This document shows, piece by piece, positions 11,007 through 25,400 of a stretch of 64,000 bases of DNA. This DNA comes from Balanoglossus misakiensis (Eukaryota > Animalia > Hemichordata). The stretch is taken from the NCBI GenBank assembly GCA_040954595.2, contig CM082578.2, positions 5,810,831 through 5,874,830 of the forward strand, given 5' to 3'. The notes beneath the pieces were generated by a model, which saw only the letters and a list, made by a program, of their open reading frames with translations, was not told where the DNA came from and made no database searches. The position numbers and the translations under genes were made by a program. The number at the start of each line of letters is the position of its first letter. The stretch's first letter is position 1.

Positions 11007-14000
11007 TTGATAAGCAGCTTCCTGAAAACGTGTGGCAGACGCACTTAGATTGCCACGGTGCGTGTTATCATCCCCGGCACAAGTTTTCATCGGCCTCAAT
11101 ATTGTTTATAAGCGGGGATATAATCGAGACACGTTATTTTCGGTCGACTAGACAGGAAATCGAGAAGGCGACACTCGGAGTATCGACGGAAAATATACAA
11201 CTCATCCCCGTTAATCAAGCATGCACTTCATTTCTCAGAATGGAATACTCCTAGGGAATATCATGACCTTCAGAGAAAGGTCAAAATCTGAGTACAGACC
11301 ATAAAAAATAACTGCCATAGAAAAAAGATAATATCATCATTATTTCAGAGGACTTTGTTTAGTATTTAAAAATCCCATGGAGCATATCAGAGAGTACAGT
11401 TGCGTATAGCTGAATCCCTTCCCATTTTATCATCATGCGTTCACCTTTAACACGCGGATCTGGACTACCAAATATGACACGCCTGATGTAACATTCATCG
11501 TAATTTATAATCGGAAGATATTGAATCATACATCGTTAGTAAATTCATGAGCACTACTGATAACTAGAGACAAAAATGCAGTGGTGTATGTCATTGGCGT
11601 GCGTAAAGATTGTATACAGAAGGTGACCACTTTCCCGTTTTCTACATGAAAACATCCGTCTTTGGTATAAAAAATATCTTAGTAGAACACTCGATTCTGT
11701 CACTTCAGACGGTTGCATTCGGTTACCCTTAAGGGAACTACCTGTCGGGGTTCCTACGGAGCGTTATTTTGGCGTCATCTCTGTGGAATATATTACCGGT
11801 TTCTTGGAGACGCCGTATTCATGAAATCAAGTCGTCTGCATGATAATGGGAGTATTATAGAATAAAATACAGTTCTAGACACCTCGCAGAAATTCTAGCG
11901 CGCTATATAAGATCTGTACATCGTGGGCCCCTTGCTAGAACAGCAGACTTTCAGAAATAGTATATGTCCATTGGGTGAGTAATCTAAACGGCGGACAGTC
12001 CAAATAATTGTGTTGATGGGAATCTGTTTCACGTCAAGCCATGTTGTTTTAGGGGGGCTTTTGAAAAGACTCGGGGCCCTCGCGTATACGCGAGGTTCAT
12101 ACCACTCACACACAAACGCTATCAATCGAAAAAGCAGAGATTAGACTGACAGCCTTCAGCTACATCACTGTATGCCGAGATGAACGTCTTTGCTCGGTTT
12201 GTGTGACATTTGACGGAAGACGCGAATTTATCAACACTACGACCTATGCGTAAATGTCACAAGTATACTTTCGTCGAATTTGACTCCATGGAAATAGCCG
12301 CGGGCGTTTATAATTTGCACAATCATCCCGTTTCAGTAGCCAGCCAGGTATCTATAGAAACTGTGCTGTGGTGCATTGAAATTGCGCGTCGCTGGCGATG
12401 CAACCGCTCCATCATTCACCGATTTTTTTTTTTGTAAAAACGGAAGACTCATATAGCAATATCACAATTTCAACCACTCCGAATGATCGACACGTAAAAA
12501 ATAATGATTTCCGGACACAAAACCCAGAAGTCTCAAGATAAGCCTAAAATTAGCAACTATCGACCTACATCGACTGTTGAATATTCGATTAATTTTTAAT
12601 GTTTCCGAATAAAAACAAAAAACAAAAACAGGTTAACCTTAGCCAGAGATATTTTAGCTTAAAATTAGTTGACCAAACAAGAAAGAAAGATTTCTCGCGT
12701 ATTTATCTCAGAATCAGCAAATATGTGGAAGCTAATTGAGCTTTTACGGTCAAAACAGACAACATGGGACCTCTGTCTAAATTTTACGATGTGGTCGAGA
12801 CGCAAAATTAAAAGGCATCTTCATGCCAGACTTTGGTGAATTTGACCGCAGTAACATATGCATATACTTCTCCCTTTAACTCCTGGATCGCGCGCGTATG
12901 ACATCTGGGCATACACAATGGAAAATTATGAGTGGGCAGATAGGGCTGGGGGAATAAATGTAAATTGAGCAGAATACAGAACCGTAAGTATAAGACAGTA
13001 AGTCCATCACATGAGATAAGAATGGTCAATGAAATGCCAGGTAGTACGCGGATTTAGCTTCAGCAGTACGGTGGGCGCTTAGCTGGGCTGTGAGTAGCTA
13101 TAATGGACAAATGACGATGTTATGGTAGCAGGTGAAGAAGCCAAGTTATTACAACGCACCGATGCTGTTGACATCTTTCAGCGTGGGTTTACGTAATGCC
13201 AAGAGAGCACGATAGACTGAGTATATGTGATTTGTGTCCGGTTTCAAATTGCAATAACTGCAATGTCAAGGCAGTTTAACGGTGTTACTATAATACCGGG
13301 AAGCAACGTGCATCCCAATCATCATATTTGATTATGTTAGCGACGGTGACACAGCCCGTTGATGGAATTTACTGCACTGGATGCGAAGAGATCAGTGTTA
13401 CGCAAATTCAAATGCTTTCCCGTGAGATTGCTTTATAGTAATATGATGTTATCGCCTATTATACAACCTCTTGGTTGGGCCGCATTAGCAGCTGGTGTGG
13501 TGCGGTTGTGACTGCATCACACACGTCCTCAACTCGTCCCGAGAATTTCACAAGAAAAATAAAAAAAAAATACGACAAGAACATTTTAATTGTTTTATTC
13601 TGTTTAGCGCATTGATATTTCACTCACATTGTATAAGCTGGCTTCATTCATAAATCACGCCGTCTTGCTTCCATTGCCGTTTAGCGACATTTCGGGCATC
13701 TGCATAGGGATATAAAATAACTTATAGGCATAACAATGTACACAACAGCTTCGGCAAGAGTTCAACCGTACTGCATTATAAATGCATTACGAATAAACGA
13801 GAACAGAACAGTTTCTGCAGGTTTGGGGCAACAACATCAAACAATCATAACAAATCATCAAAATTACAACTAAAGCCAGGCCCTTTTAAATTCAAAGTTC
13901 ACGAGTCTCACTATCTGTTCATTCCTGTCAATTTCTGACGTGGACGAAGTGCACCCTTCATTTAGCGAATCGGGTCGCCGCCCACGTGATGTGCAATGCT

Positions 14001-14842
14001 GTATTATACTCTTACATATACATATACATATTGAAATCACAAAACATGCACGAGTTATTTTGTTGCACATATCCGTAGCCACCAGAACGCCATAATTTCG
14101 TTGTTGCCAATGAAATCGTTGACTCGGTTTTCACACCGAATGTCTTCCTTGCCATGAATATATAATTGTTCACTAGGGAATCAGCGCAAACTATAGTACT
14201 GATGGTGTTGATACAGTGAGGTGTTACTGGCATGAGCATATGGCTATAATTAGGGGTTTGCCGCAAAATTGAGATGAATTGCGACCATGGTGTCAGCTTA
14301 ATTATCAGCACATCGCCACGATGAACATCACACACTCGAAAATAATACTGAATTATCGCCTCACACATCACGTGACAACGACCTCGCACAGCTTTCAGAG
14401 AGCATTGTCACCATCCAAACACGCAGTAGACCTTCAGCTGTCTGCGTAATACCATTGAGGGTTTAAAAAAAGTCATGTTATACATGTATATACTGTAATA
14501 GTGTTGTGTTAATTAGCACTTCATAAGTGCCAGATTCTTAGAATTATGCCGAAAAGAGGCCGTTCAGTCTCAGGGGCTTCGTTCTTTCCCTGGCATGACG
14601 TTTTCACAGACAAATTCAAGTTTTTTTTCGGTGCGGCCAACATGTAGTTTCACACCAGAGAAGGTAAACGTTTCAGCCGATTGTTGAACTATAAACCTTC
14701 TTCGCTGAAGTAAAATAAATTGATTGCATTATTGGTGTAACCGAATTGATCTGTGATGTCATTTCCCTATAGTGTACAAATGCCTGATCACCTGATTCAC
14801 ATATAGAGTGAACAGGGTGATTGAAGCAATGTGCATGTGCAC

Positions 14843-14944
<102 letters not shown>

Positions 14945-17181
14945 TTATGCACGACATGTCTTAGAGCTTACTGGAGTCAATTACCCGAATCGACTGGTAT
15001 TTTGATGCATCGATGCACCCATATATTAGTAAACTAATCTTTATTGCTTTGACCCGTGTCACTTCAAACATGTTTCGATTTCACAAGTACACATGGTCTA
15101 CTATGTACCTCAGAGATAGATTTCAAAAGGCCTGTGGCAGTCACATAGAAAAGAAAAACAGTGGACAACAGCAGTGTCGTCATCTCGCCAAGATAGAGTT
15201 GGACCAATATGTACGCCTAGACTGATTCTTCATGATGCCATTTTCACCCAAGACTTTTATCGCCCGACTGTGTTTCAATATTCAACGGGAAACACTAATG
15301 CTTTGTTGGTTCAGGAGAGAAATGTTAATGCGTAGGTTATAACAAGAGCATCAGAAATTTGCAGAGTCCAAACGTATTAATGTCGTAAGCTGTGGTAGTA
15401 TGAAAACGCCAGTTCACCAACAGACGTTCGAGATGTGTAATCAAATATCTATGACATGCTTGACCTATATGACTTAGTATATTAAATTAATATGAAGAGA
15501 ACGTCTGTCTGACTTAATCGAACAGCCACAGTTGCAAACATGGGTGTGGCTGGGTGCGGAATGACTATAGGTAATTTAAAATTCATGCGCAGTGGATAAC
15601 TATACACATTTTCTATTCGTAGATCACGTGTGACGCATGTATTACTTGAATGCAAGGGCGTGGAAACAATATTTTTGACCCAGAAGCACAGGCATCATTT
15701 GCTTTACAATTTGCACCAATACACGAATGGCGAATATACGCGGTATTGTAACATTCAAGCCGCAGGCGTATACGCGTGTGGCTGGGCATCATAGAGCTCA
15801 CCGTCACGTTATAGACCGTGGAAATAAAACTGTTTCAATTTTTTCGAAGATAAACACAAAAATAATAGTGAGTATAGGAACAATCATGAATACTCTGTTC
15901 GGCGGGTTGAACAATTTACATCACCCCTAACTATAAATGCCACATAGTGAGAAATTGTTTCAAATTATCTGTCATGTAAAATCATCACATTGCTCGCAGA
16001 ACGCGTCGTTGTACCACCGATGTACCCGCGTATACTTTGGATATCCACAATTTAAAAATAGAATACATTTATTTGAAACATCGGAGTGCAATGTGCCCTT
16101 TTAACACAATACAATTTGATATCTACATGTACATGTATGTTCTCGTACCAATCTTTCTAACAAACCTTAGGCTTTTGGGCTTACACTATACACTATACGG
16201 TTGTTCTCATTAACACCTTGTGTTTCGTTCATAACCTTGTGTTCGCATTGCTATGGAAAGAACACCGTTTTACAATAGAAATTATTTTCAGACTAGAACG
16301 AAATATGAAAACGTAACGAGGCTTTTTGAGGTATAAAAGGATTTGCATTGTGTGGATATTTTTCTAAACAATTACTCGACTATAAGAAAGACGTTTTCCC
16401 TAAAAATTCAACTGAAAGCAGCAAAACACCATGTCGGATCCATTCACTTCAATATGGAGAGAGTGTAGCGTGAAGCAACCCGACGTGACAACATGCGATC
16501 TTTATATGACCGAATTATTTCACAAGCACCTGATCACGCTATGGCTCATGCACGAAACATAATAGACAGAACCACGTTCACCGGGTCACATGAAAACAAT
16601 TATCGCTGTACATGTCGTAACACCTTCCCATCACAAAGAAAAACGACGAAAAAATATTCCATTTTTCAAGGTTTGGAATTGAAAACATCGGGATTGTACA
16701 TGATGTCATTATGTGATATTCCTTCTTTGTAAAATGTTGTGTCAAATCTTATCAAATTCGAGGTGAACCTCGTAAAATTGGCGAAACAGCAATTTATCCA
16801 AAGAAAATAGTCCACAATCGACGTCATTAGTCTGCGGGTACAGCCTGCGAATAGATGTTTTATTTGTTGAAAAGAGCTTACTGTGTACACGCGGCATAGT
16901 CTGACTGGTGAATGACGCTGCTTGTTGCCAGTCTTCCGATTTGATTTTCTACGCATCCTGCCCGGCTCACGTCGCTCGTGAAATACCGCTCTCTGTTTAG
17001 TCTTCCGATTACTGCATATAACAGGTATATAAACTATTGAAGTGCACATCAAAGAAATACTATGTTAACCACCGTTTGCTGGCTGCATACAGAGATGATA
17101 CAAGAACCATCGCTCAAATACATTATTTCCGGTCACCGTATTCGCAAACGGTATACTCGATACTCGGGTGATCCGTCGTAA

Positions 17182-17476
17182 GGCCAACAAAAAATACATG
17201 TATGTGCTGTTCCGATTACCCGACCTACCCTAATTTTAGCCCGCCGATTCTAAACTTTTAGAGCTTCGTGAACCGGAAGTAAGAATAAAAAGAAAATATA
17301 AGAAATATACAAAATGTATGAAAATTGAGAGAATCACGCAAGAACTATGACGTCATTCTTCTACAATACGACGGCCAAAGATATAAAAAATTGCGAAATA
17401 AAAAGATTTCCTTACCTACCTACCCTATTTTTTAAAAACCATGTAATCGGAACAGCAGATATTTTTTTATTTGGCC
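17182..17476. mobile_element. PIF/Harbinger (Tourist-like) MITE, 295 bp
   Basis: TAA on both sides (17179-17181, 17477-17479). Imperfect TIR of about 35 bp: GGCCAACAAAAAATA...TGCTGTTCCGATTAC / GTAATCGGAACAGCAGATATTTTTTTATTTGGCC. Internal ACCTACCCTA near both ends. Confidence 0.8.
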
Positions 17477-20400
17477 TAATTAAAATTTCTCTGAAAAAGT
17501 CATAATTATTATGTGCCCTTATTCCGCGGAGGGGGGGGGGCAAATTGGTCATGCGGGTACCTACCACAAACAGCCAAACTGTATTTTGTGGGAGTACCAC
17601 TGATGTCTGAATTGATGAGATGGGAGATGGATATGAAGAAGTCATGAACCTTGAGTGAAAGGCAAACCTTGATGTCTTATTCAGCGCACTGCTGCCTGAG
17701 ATGTTTATTTTGTTATTGAAGATCGGTTGTTATAAATTGCTCGCTGATATGTGTTGCTACAGTTGTTGAGGAACTGTGACTTAATTCTCTGCGAGCGCAT
17801 TCTCTACGCAAAGTAGAACTGATATACCTCTGCTGTCGTGGCAGTTTGATTGGCAGATGCAACATTTTGCGAGAGTACTGCATGTATGTAGTAACACACT
17901 CTGTCCGTTTCCTGTGCAATAATTAGTCAGATCGATGTCACGTGGTGTAGATGTACGTCATTTTACGTGACACTCGCGATCGCATACGTGACGCGGACGA
18001 CACCATGTACACTAACTTGAAGAACTCCACGAGGTGTGTCACAGAACACCTCGGCCTTTCAGCCTCGGGAAACGTCGCTTTGAGGTGACTCGCATTCCCG
18101 CGTGTGGACAACCGTATAGACTCTGCTGTTATCCTCATGGCCAATCATTATGTTTAGTACATGTACTTGTTACCAAGGAAGCTACTTAGGTTATGTACGA
18201 TTAATATCAGATATCAATCTAGCAGGAGACTGATTTTAGAAGAATGAAACAATGCGACAATCTACTCATCATTGGCTCGGCTTCGATTGAAGTTTTCAGA
18301 CATCTAGAAAGCTGACTTTCAAGGCGAACATATATCGGCTTAAGGATACCCAGGCCGTAAGCAGGATAAGATAAGATGTGAACAGTGGTTGGTCTGTTAT
18401 TTGTAGTTATATTGTTTGTAAATATGGAAAAAATAAAGTATAGGAGACAGATAATGAACGAGTTTGGTTATAATTATTAGTCATATCACAGGGGTGGAGC
18501 AGTTTATATATCGCTTTCATCACACCACGTCAGAAAGAATTACTGTGGATCTGCATTAGACGAATGCTTTGCATGGACGTATGTTTTAGTGATATTCTTT
18601 CAGAAGAGTGAAGTTCATCTTAACTTGTCTGCTCAGGGGAAGAGCAGAATCCCCTGATCCCCAGATCAGGGGATTTCAGCTGTTTATGCGTAGTAGTTGG
18701 TCGTTTGTGTTCGTATTTTCATATGCCTCCTTTCTTACTACACGTAGTCGGTTGGAATCATCTAAAACATTGGTTGGGAACATCATTCCGATTTCCGGCA
18801 TGAAACACCTGGACGGGGGGGGGGGGGGGGGGGGTGATTCCTCCCCAACCGCATCAGTATTATTGACTCCCTAGCACACTCGCACTTATTTTAACTAGCA
18901 CCATTTCACAATTGAGCAAGAGATAAGAGCCCCTAACACTCCAATAAAATGAAAAGGATAAACATGATGCTTTCTCATTGTGTTGACGCGCATGTCACCT
19001 CTAATACGCCCATGCATACATGGCTGATTTGAGCGTTCTAAAGAACATATGGTGGCGATCTTTTTTGCGTGTGCCACCCATTGAAAATCTGTGAATGTCT
19101 AAATCTCGATTTGCCATGGTAACTATAGCTAATGTCCCATAGGCGATCGTATACCTTTAAAATGTGTAACTTCTATATTCGCACGCGCAACAACAAACGA
19201 TTGGGCACAGATTTTGTTGACTTCATTATCCGTGATAGCGAACAACGGAACTGGAGTGATCTAAAAGTATAAAATCAAATCTACCACAACCGAGACAAGA
19301 CAACAATTGCATTGTCAATTCACAAGCACCGAATGCCGTATTCAACACGAAGGCGGCGCGTGACATGCTGAACGCCATTTACCCCCTTTATTTGAGTATA
19401 GCAGGGAAACAAGGTCATCTGCCCAATGTAGGCTTGAACTCGCCGCGGGTATATAGACAGTGGAAGCAAGTCGAGGAGTCGATATTTACGCCATTATGTT
19501 GAGAAGGTCATGCGTCCAACATTAAAGTGGCATCGTTATTACCGGCATTTATTACGACGGTCAAATCCAGGATGAACTCAAATCTCTCCGCAATTTAGGC
19601 AAGAACCCTGCAGCATTTCAAAATCAAATGAAATCTAGAAAATGCGACGTCTTAACTTCCGCGTTACTTTCCGTGCTAACACAAAGGATTTCTTATTTGC
19701 CTTCATTGTTCTGCCCTGGGATCGAGAAAATGGCCTTTAACATGGGCGTATGGGCTTTGCTATTATGGCCTAGTTCACATCGAGAACTACATGTAGGAAT
19801 GAAAACAAAGTGGATGATTAAATTTGGTTTCCCTTCTCACTATAGTTTTGAAGATAGCATGTAGGAACAGCACATTTTTGCTATATATATTTTGCTATAC
19901 TTGTTAAGTTCTCACACGAATTCCTTAAAAAAGAAAGTGAATGCGTATATACAAAAGTGAATTGCGTACAGAAAGTGAAATCGGATCTATTTGACACATT
20001 AATGACCAGAATATAGAGACTAGTTTAAGAAAGTTTCTTTGACTGCAAGGAGTCTGCATTCGGGAAACCTACGCATAAGCATGTGGGCGTCCAATCTTTA
20101 TTTAGCAAATTGAAGAAAAAAACATGTCTCAGTCTGGGAGGCATCGTCGTCGTTAAATGGCAGGGTTTGACTTAACGACTTCGCGTAGTTAAAGTCAGCG
20201 TCTTTAGTTCACGCCCTCGGGTTGTTCCGAATCAATCCCAGGGAATATAATTGAAAATGCGATGACGTGTACAAATATTTCCACAAGGGCCATGCAACGG
20301 AAAGTGGGCAATTTCTCTGGGGGTTATTTAGCGTCCACGTGCGCGCGATCGTCTAACACATGGACAGGCGGTACTGAAGGATTTCAAATGCCAGACAACA

Positions 20401-22178
20401 GTTGCTAAGAAGAACAACTAAAAGCAAAGTCAGTTAATTTTGTCTGAATGATAAAGAATTATATCGGATGATATGAACCGAACAGAGGCAGGGTTTCCGT
20501 CTTTTCTGCCAGTGGCGTCAAAGACATGCAGACGTCACAGTTTTTAAATGGGCGTAATTGTCTACCGAATCTCCAGCGATATTTTTGAACCATTTTATGG
20601 AATATATTTAATAAACAGCAAACAATTTCCAGATGCATTCTTATCTTTATTCTCATCAATCACTTGTACGCTTACTCTACTAAAGGTAGGCTATATAGGT
20701 TTAGAATTGGAATACAGAGAAGTTCGATTGAAGATGTTCCATATACGTCTATAGACATAAGTGGCCGATAAGAAATAAGCGCAGTAGCTACATGTGGGCT
20801 AGTTCAGAGAACTGCCAGCGTGCACGTTTGATCCTTTGGACAGGTGTTACTTTAACAGACCAGAGTGACAGTTAAAATTCTGATGAGCCAGGAAATGATA
20901 AATGACTGGCGTCGAAGTATTTTGAACAATATCGAATCGCACACAATCAAACCTGCGCGTAGAATTATTATTGCATTAATGTCACGAGGTCAGCATGTGT
21001 TGCTTATGTCACTCTCATAACATGCGAACTGATACGAATGCTTGACCACGTGCTGTGATCAGTGACTTTGAGTCCATACGTATTCTGTACATACTCTGAC
21101 TTAATCGGGAAGATCAATATGCCCGCATTTTCAAATCGTGATGTGGGATCCTGTTAATTTTCAGGGTGTTGTTAAAAGTTATTTGTTTTTATTCGTTCTG
21201 GTTTTCGATATACATGTACATTACACCGCCTATCGTTTATCCAGCTACCCTTATTTTATATTCCGCTTTACTTTTATACCATAGTATCGAGAACTTTTTG
21301 TCAGACCAGTCGAACCGCATACTTCATATATATATACTTGTTGCTACTCGGGATTGGAAGCAAGACAGGCTTTTAAAAGCTAGTTCTAGATGTCATCGGA
21401 TTGTTTACATAAAATGAAGTTTCACGCCATATCTCCATTACATAACCTTATGATGAATACACTATGTGTCTTGACGCAGCATTGCCTTCCACAAAACCTT
21501 CCCCAGTGAACGGATGGGATTGTTATCTTTATTTTATTTCACCCATCATGGCCTTCCTATTCTGACGAGGAAAGAATAACAACAAAACGTAATTTGTAAC
21601 CGACCGTTATTTTCCGGCTGTAGTAATTGCAAATACATGTAATGTGCTACCTCTATTGTCGCCATACTGCTGTCAAACGACAGTACAATGAAACAGGAAG
21701 GAGAAACATAAAATGGCACTAGAGTCTGATTTCAAATCGGTAACAAGTATTTTCATATCCTTGCAAAAAAACATTGCTCGGACTAGAAAGGAAGAAGCTT
21801 AGGTATCTTACTTGTCAATCTATCGGTCCGTACGCTGTCTGCACGTACATGTACATGTATATGATCGATCGGAGTATTCGCATGGTGTAGTTTTATCCTC
21901 TGACAAGCGCTGTCGTACTGTTACGGTAGAAAAGAAAGTGAAATCAGCGACAGCGATTTCTTGTTCTATACACATGCATTCAGCAACTACATTCTGTAGT
22001 TGATCTCTTAACCCCGCCCCCCCCCCCCCCCATTTTTTGCATGGAATCAAAGCAGCAGTTAAGATACTTAAATATTTAACATTTTTCCTTTTCATGACCC
22101 CTTTTTAAATGTGAAATTCTAGTGTGGTTGCCAAATAAATGAAATGTGGCGCACATGTAAATACATATGACAGCTTAA

Positions 22179-22451
22179 AGGGACAAAGTCTCTCTCGCTG
22201 CCCCTTTGCCATTTATTATGTGTGATACAAGACACGAGAGTGAAAAACTCGCCCAAATAAATAATCGGTCTCTACCGTTTATTGGATTTTAGCGAGATGT
22301 TTACACCCATATCCTACAAACGGGATGGAAGGTGTGTGTGGTCGAACATTGATTCACTACATATACACATGTACATTAACATTAATGGTGTCTTGTATCA
22401 ACAAAATTAATGGAAAAAAGGACAGGACAGCGAGAGAGAGACTTTGTCCCT
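22179..22451. mobile_element. Kolobok/T2-like MITE, 273 bp
   Basis: TTAA at 22175-22178 and 22452-22455. TIR AGGGACAAAGTCTCTCTCGCTG / CAGCGAGAGAGAGACTTTGTCCCT. Purine (AG) start fits Kolobok better than piggyBac (CCY). Confidence 0.85.
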
Positions 22452-25400
22452 TTAAGGCATCGTGAAATGGAAGGCGCTGCTCGGATAATTATATATATGG
22501 GGCCATAAAAAATATAATTGCCAATTAAAATATAGCGTAAACAGAATGTTGCTTTATTGTTTTCCCACTGAACATCCTGTAAACATTTCCTGTTAACATC
22601 TTCTTGCACAGTTGTTTTTGGCTATTTTGGGGGCCCGGTGCCATCGTTTGCAGTTTTCAGTCGTGTTTTGAACAAACCTCACCCCTTTATGGCGTAGCAA
22701 CCGTTTCCTTAACACTGCATTGTAGTACTTCCCTGAAATGTGTATGGGTATCGTCGTTTCTAAAGTCTTGACAATGAAGCGGGGAACTCAGGATGCTATA
22801 CTATGATTAATGCATTAAAAGGCCTCTTTAGCTAGCTTTGCATTTCATGAGCCCATATTTGAAAGGTTAACATCGAACTGTAACGACACACGCCCGATGT
22901 CCAGATGTTTTTTTCTCTCTCATCATATAACTTTTTTCGTCATTTTACCACGTTTTCAACCCCAAGTGATTTGCACTGCACAAAACGCATGTACCCAAAC
23001 CTTCTGCTTCTGTTTTGTTTGGGTTAACTGTTTCAGTTGCTTGCATCACTTTCCGCATGCCCACTGCAACAAGAACACAAAGCCAGCGCAAAACCAATTG
23101 GCTCTTTTCAGGCCATGTAACACGTTTGTTTCACACATTTTTCATCTTCTTAACTACATTTCCTTTCACACACTTCTATTTTAGATAACACTCATTGTCA
23201 AGACATGTTGCACCCTCTCATCATATCATCCTTTTCACACCAAGCTTATCACTTTACACACCTTCTTACCAGCCCCCCCCCATAATAGTAATAGTACAAT
23301 CTCAAGAGTAGTCGCGTAGCAAGTCAATTTGCAATTTACAAAACAAGTTTCCGAATATGTAAGAAGGATGTAACACCCCCACCCTCCACTTACACTTGCA
23401 TGTTGGTTAGTGTGCTCATAGCGTAGTGTAGATGTCTCTCGCGTTTCTCCAAACCGAGTCTTTTACATGGAAGTTTTGAGTCCGTTACGTAAGAAGAAGT
23501 GTGATGTGATCGCTCGAGTATTCTCGAAAGGTCGTATATAACCATGGTCACCATGTAACAAAAGTAACACATTTCAATAACGACAGGTATACAACCGATG
23601 TGACTTATGATGAATCGTTTAGAAATGTTCAAGTCATGCGTTGTTACCATTCTCTGGTCCTTTACCAGGCCCTGAAATAAAGCGGCCAAAGAGATATTCC
23701 ACAGTTTAATTCTATTGTAGTGCGTGATGATCCAAAAGAGAATTTTATTTTCTAGATATTTAGCTCAGATAACAGGGTGAGCTGGACACGTGTTAACCCC
23801 GAGAAGACCAACATATATTCCTCGCATGACCCGCATATTTAAAAGAACAGCGACTATTTTCGGAAAATACTAAATTAAATGCCAATATCTCCGATCCAAT
23901 AATTAACATATGTTGAACATTTATCTTGCAGTTTCAAACTAGCTGCATGCGACACCGACATGTGCCTGACATGATTTGCTGTTCTAGATTGGAAGTGACA
24001 GAAATGCTTAAATCGTTTGCTCGTTCGTTGGAAATTCTCACATGCGGCGATATTGCATGTTTGTCGGTTGCGCTCACTGCGTTTCAGCTGCGCTCAACAG
24101 GAGGCAACGATTGACCTCAAAGTTCTCTCGCTGCACACAGGTGTGCGGTCCAATTAAACACATGTCGCATTCCTTTGCTGTTCTGTTCAGATCGGTGTAC
24201 ACTGTAAGGCGCCAAACTCTGTATTTAAAAAAGCTTAATGAACGCGTTAAGCAGAATCAGAAAATTACTATATATGTCTCGTACATGTATTACAGGTACA
24301 GTTGCAGATCAGTAGTTAATCACGTGACCAGGTGACCAGCATGAAGCCCTTTTACCTCTATAAAGATCCACTTGTTTGGAATTATAGCTTAAACTGAAAC
24401 AGACGACTGCCACTGCCCGATTTGTCGCACCAGCAGAACAGATGTACACGTATGAGGTGAAACATGCAAAAAAACATATATTCTACATCCGCAATATTCC
24501 TGCGTCTCTCACATTGGCAAGTTTGACGTACATGTACACGTGGCTAAGGGCGGAAACCCACAATACATGCACGGAGAGTCCTGAGAGGGCTAACTATAGT
24601 GGCATAATACATTTAGAGTATAGTAACCGTGTACTACAGGTTGCCTTCATTCTCATTTATCTGTTTTATTTTGCATCAAAATTTGGCAGTCTCTTCCGTT
24701 AATATCATTACGCTTGTGTTTCAAATAATTTCTGACCCCAGCGGCCTATGTAAAAGTGGGCCGACAGCCATGTCATGAATAGCTTAAAGTAAAATGGGCC
24801 ACAAATAAATATATGCCATTACGCTGGGGGAAATCGCCATAAGTAAAACAGCCACAAGTAAGAAAACAGCAAAAGATTCTAATTCGTAAAAATTGCCTGG
24901 AAACTCAAGCAATATCAATTACAAAGAGGTGCCAAAAGTTGCATGTAGGCCTAACGCCAAGTAACTATAGTCCCTTTTCACGTATCATGATTGACATGTG
25001 CCTGAATAAATGTCCTCTGGATGTTACACACAGTGAATCCCGTAGTTTTCTTTTCATTTTCAACTGTAAATGGAAAAAGAAACGTATACAGAACATCACC
25101 CACAAGCAACGCAAATTGTTTTAAAAAGGTTATGTGATTGAATGGTATACATTGTAGCATGTGTAGTTGGCCTTATATAGTTCAGATAAATTGCAGATTT
25201 TCTGGAGCGCTCGTCGTAACTCCTTCCGCGCGTCAATCCTTCCCGACAGTGAACGGATTAAAAGGTAAGGCCTATTTATAGCCCACAAAGCATTTGAATG
25301 AAACACGGCATACGTCTTCAGATGTTTCAAAAGGAAAATATGTCAAGGTAACAGGTACATAGCTGCAATCAAGAGAGCCTTTGATCTGACAGTCTGACTT

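Noticed and set aside
19420-19445. TGCCCAATGTAGGCTTGAACTC resembles the reverse complement of a tRNA-Lys 3' end
   Set aside because: Only about 22 nt with several mismatches; no anticodon or D arm follows.
20880-20920. Hammerhead-ribozyme-like CTGATGA followed by a GCCAG/CTGGC stem
   Set aside because: The stem is followed by GTCG rather than GAAA, and no convincing stems I and III or cleavage triplet were found.
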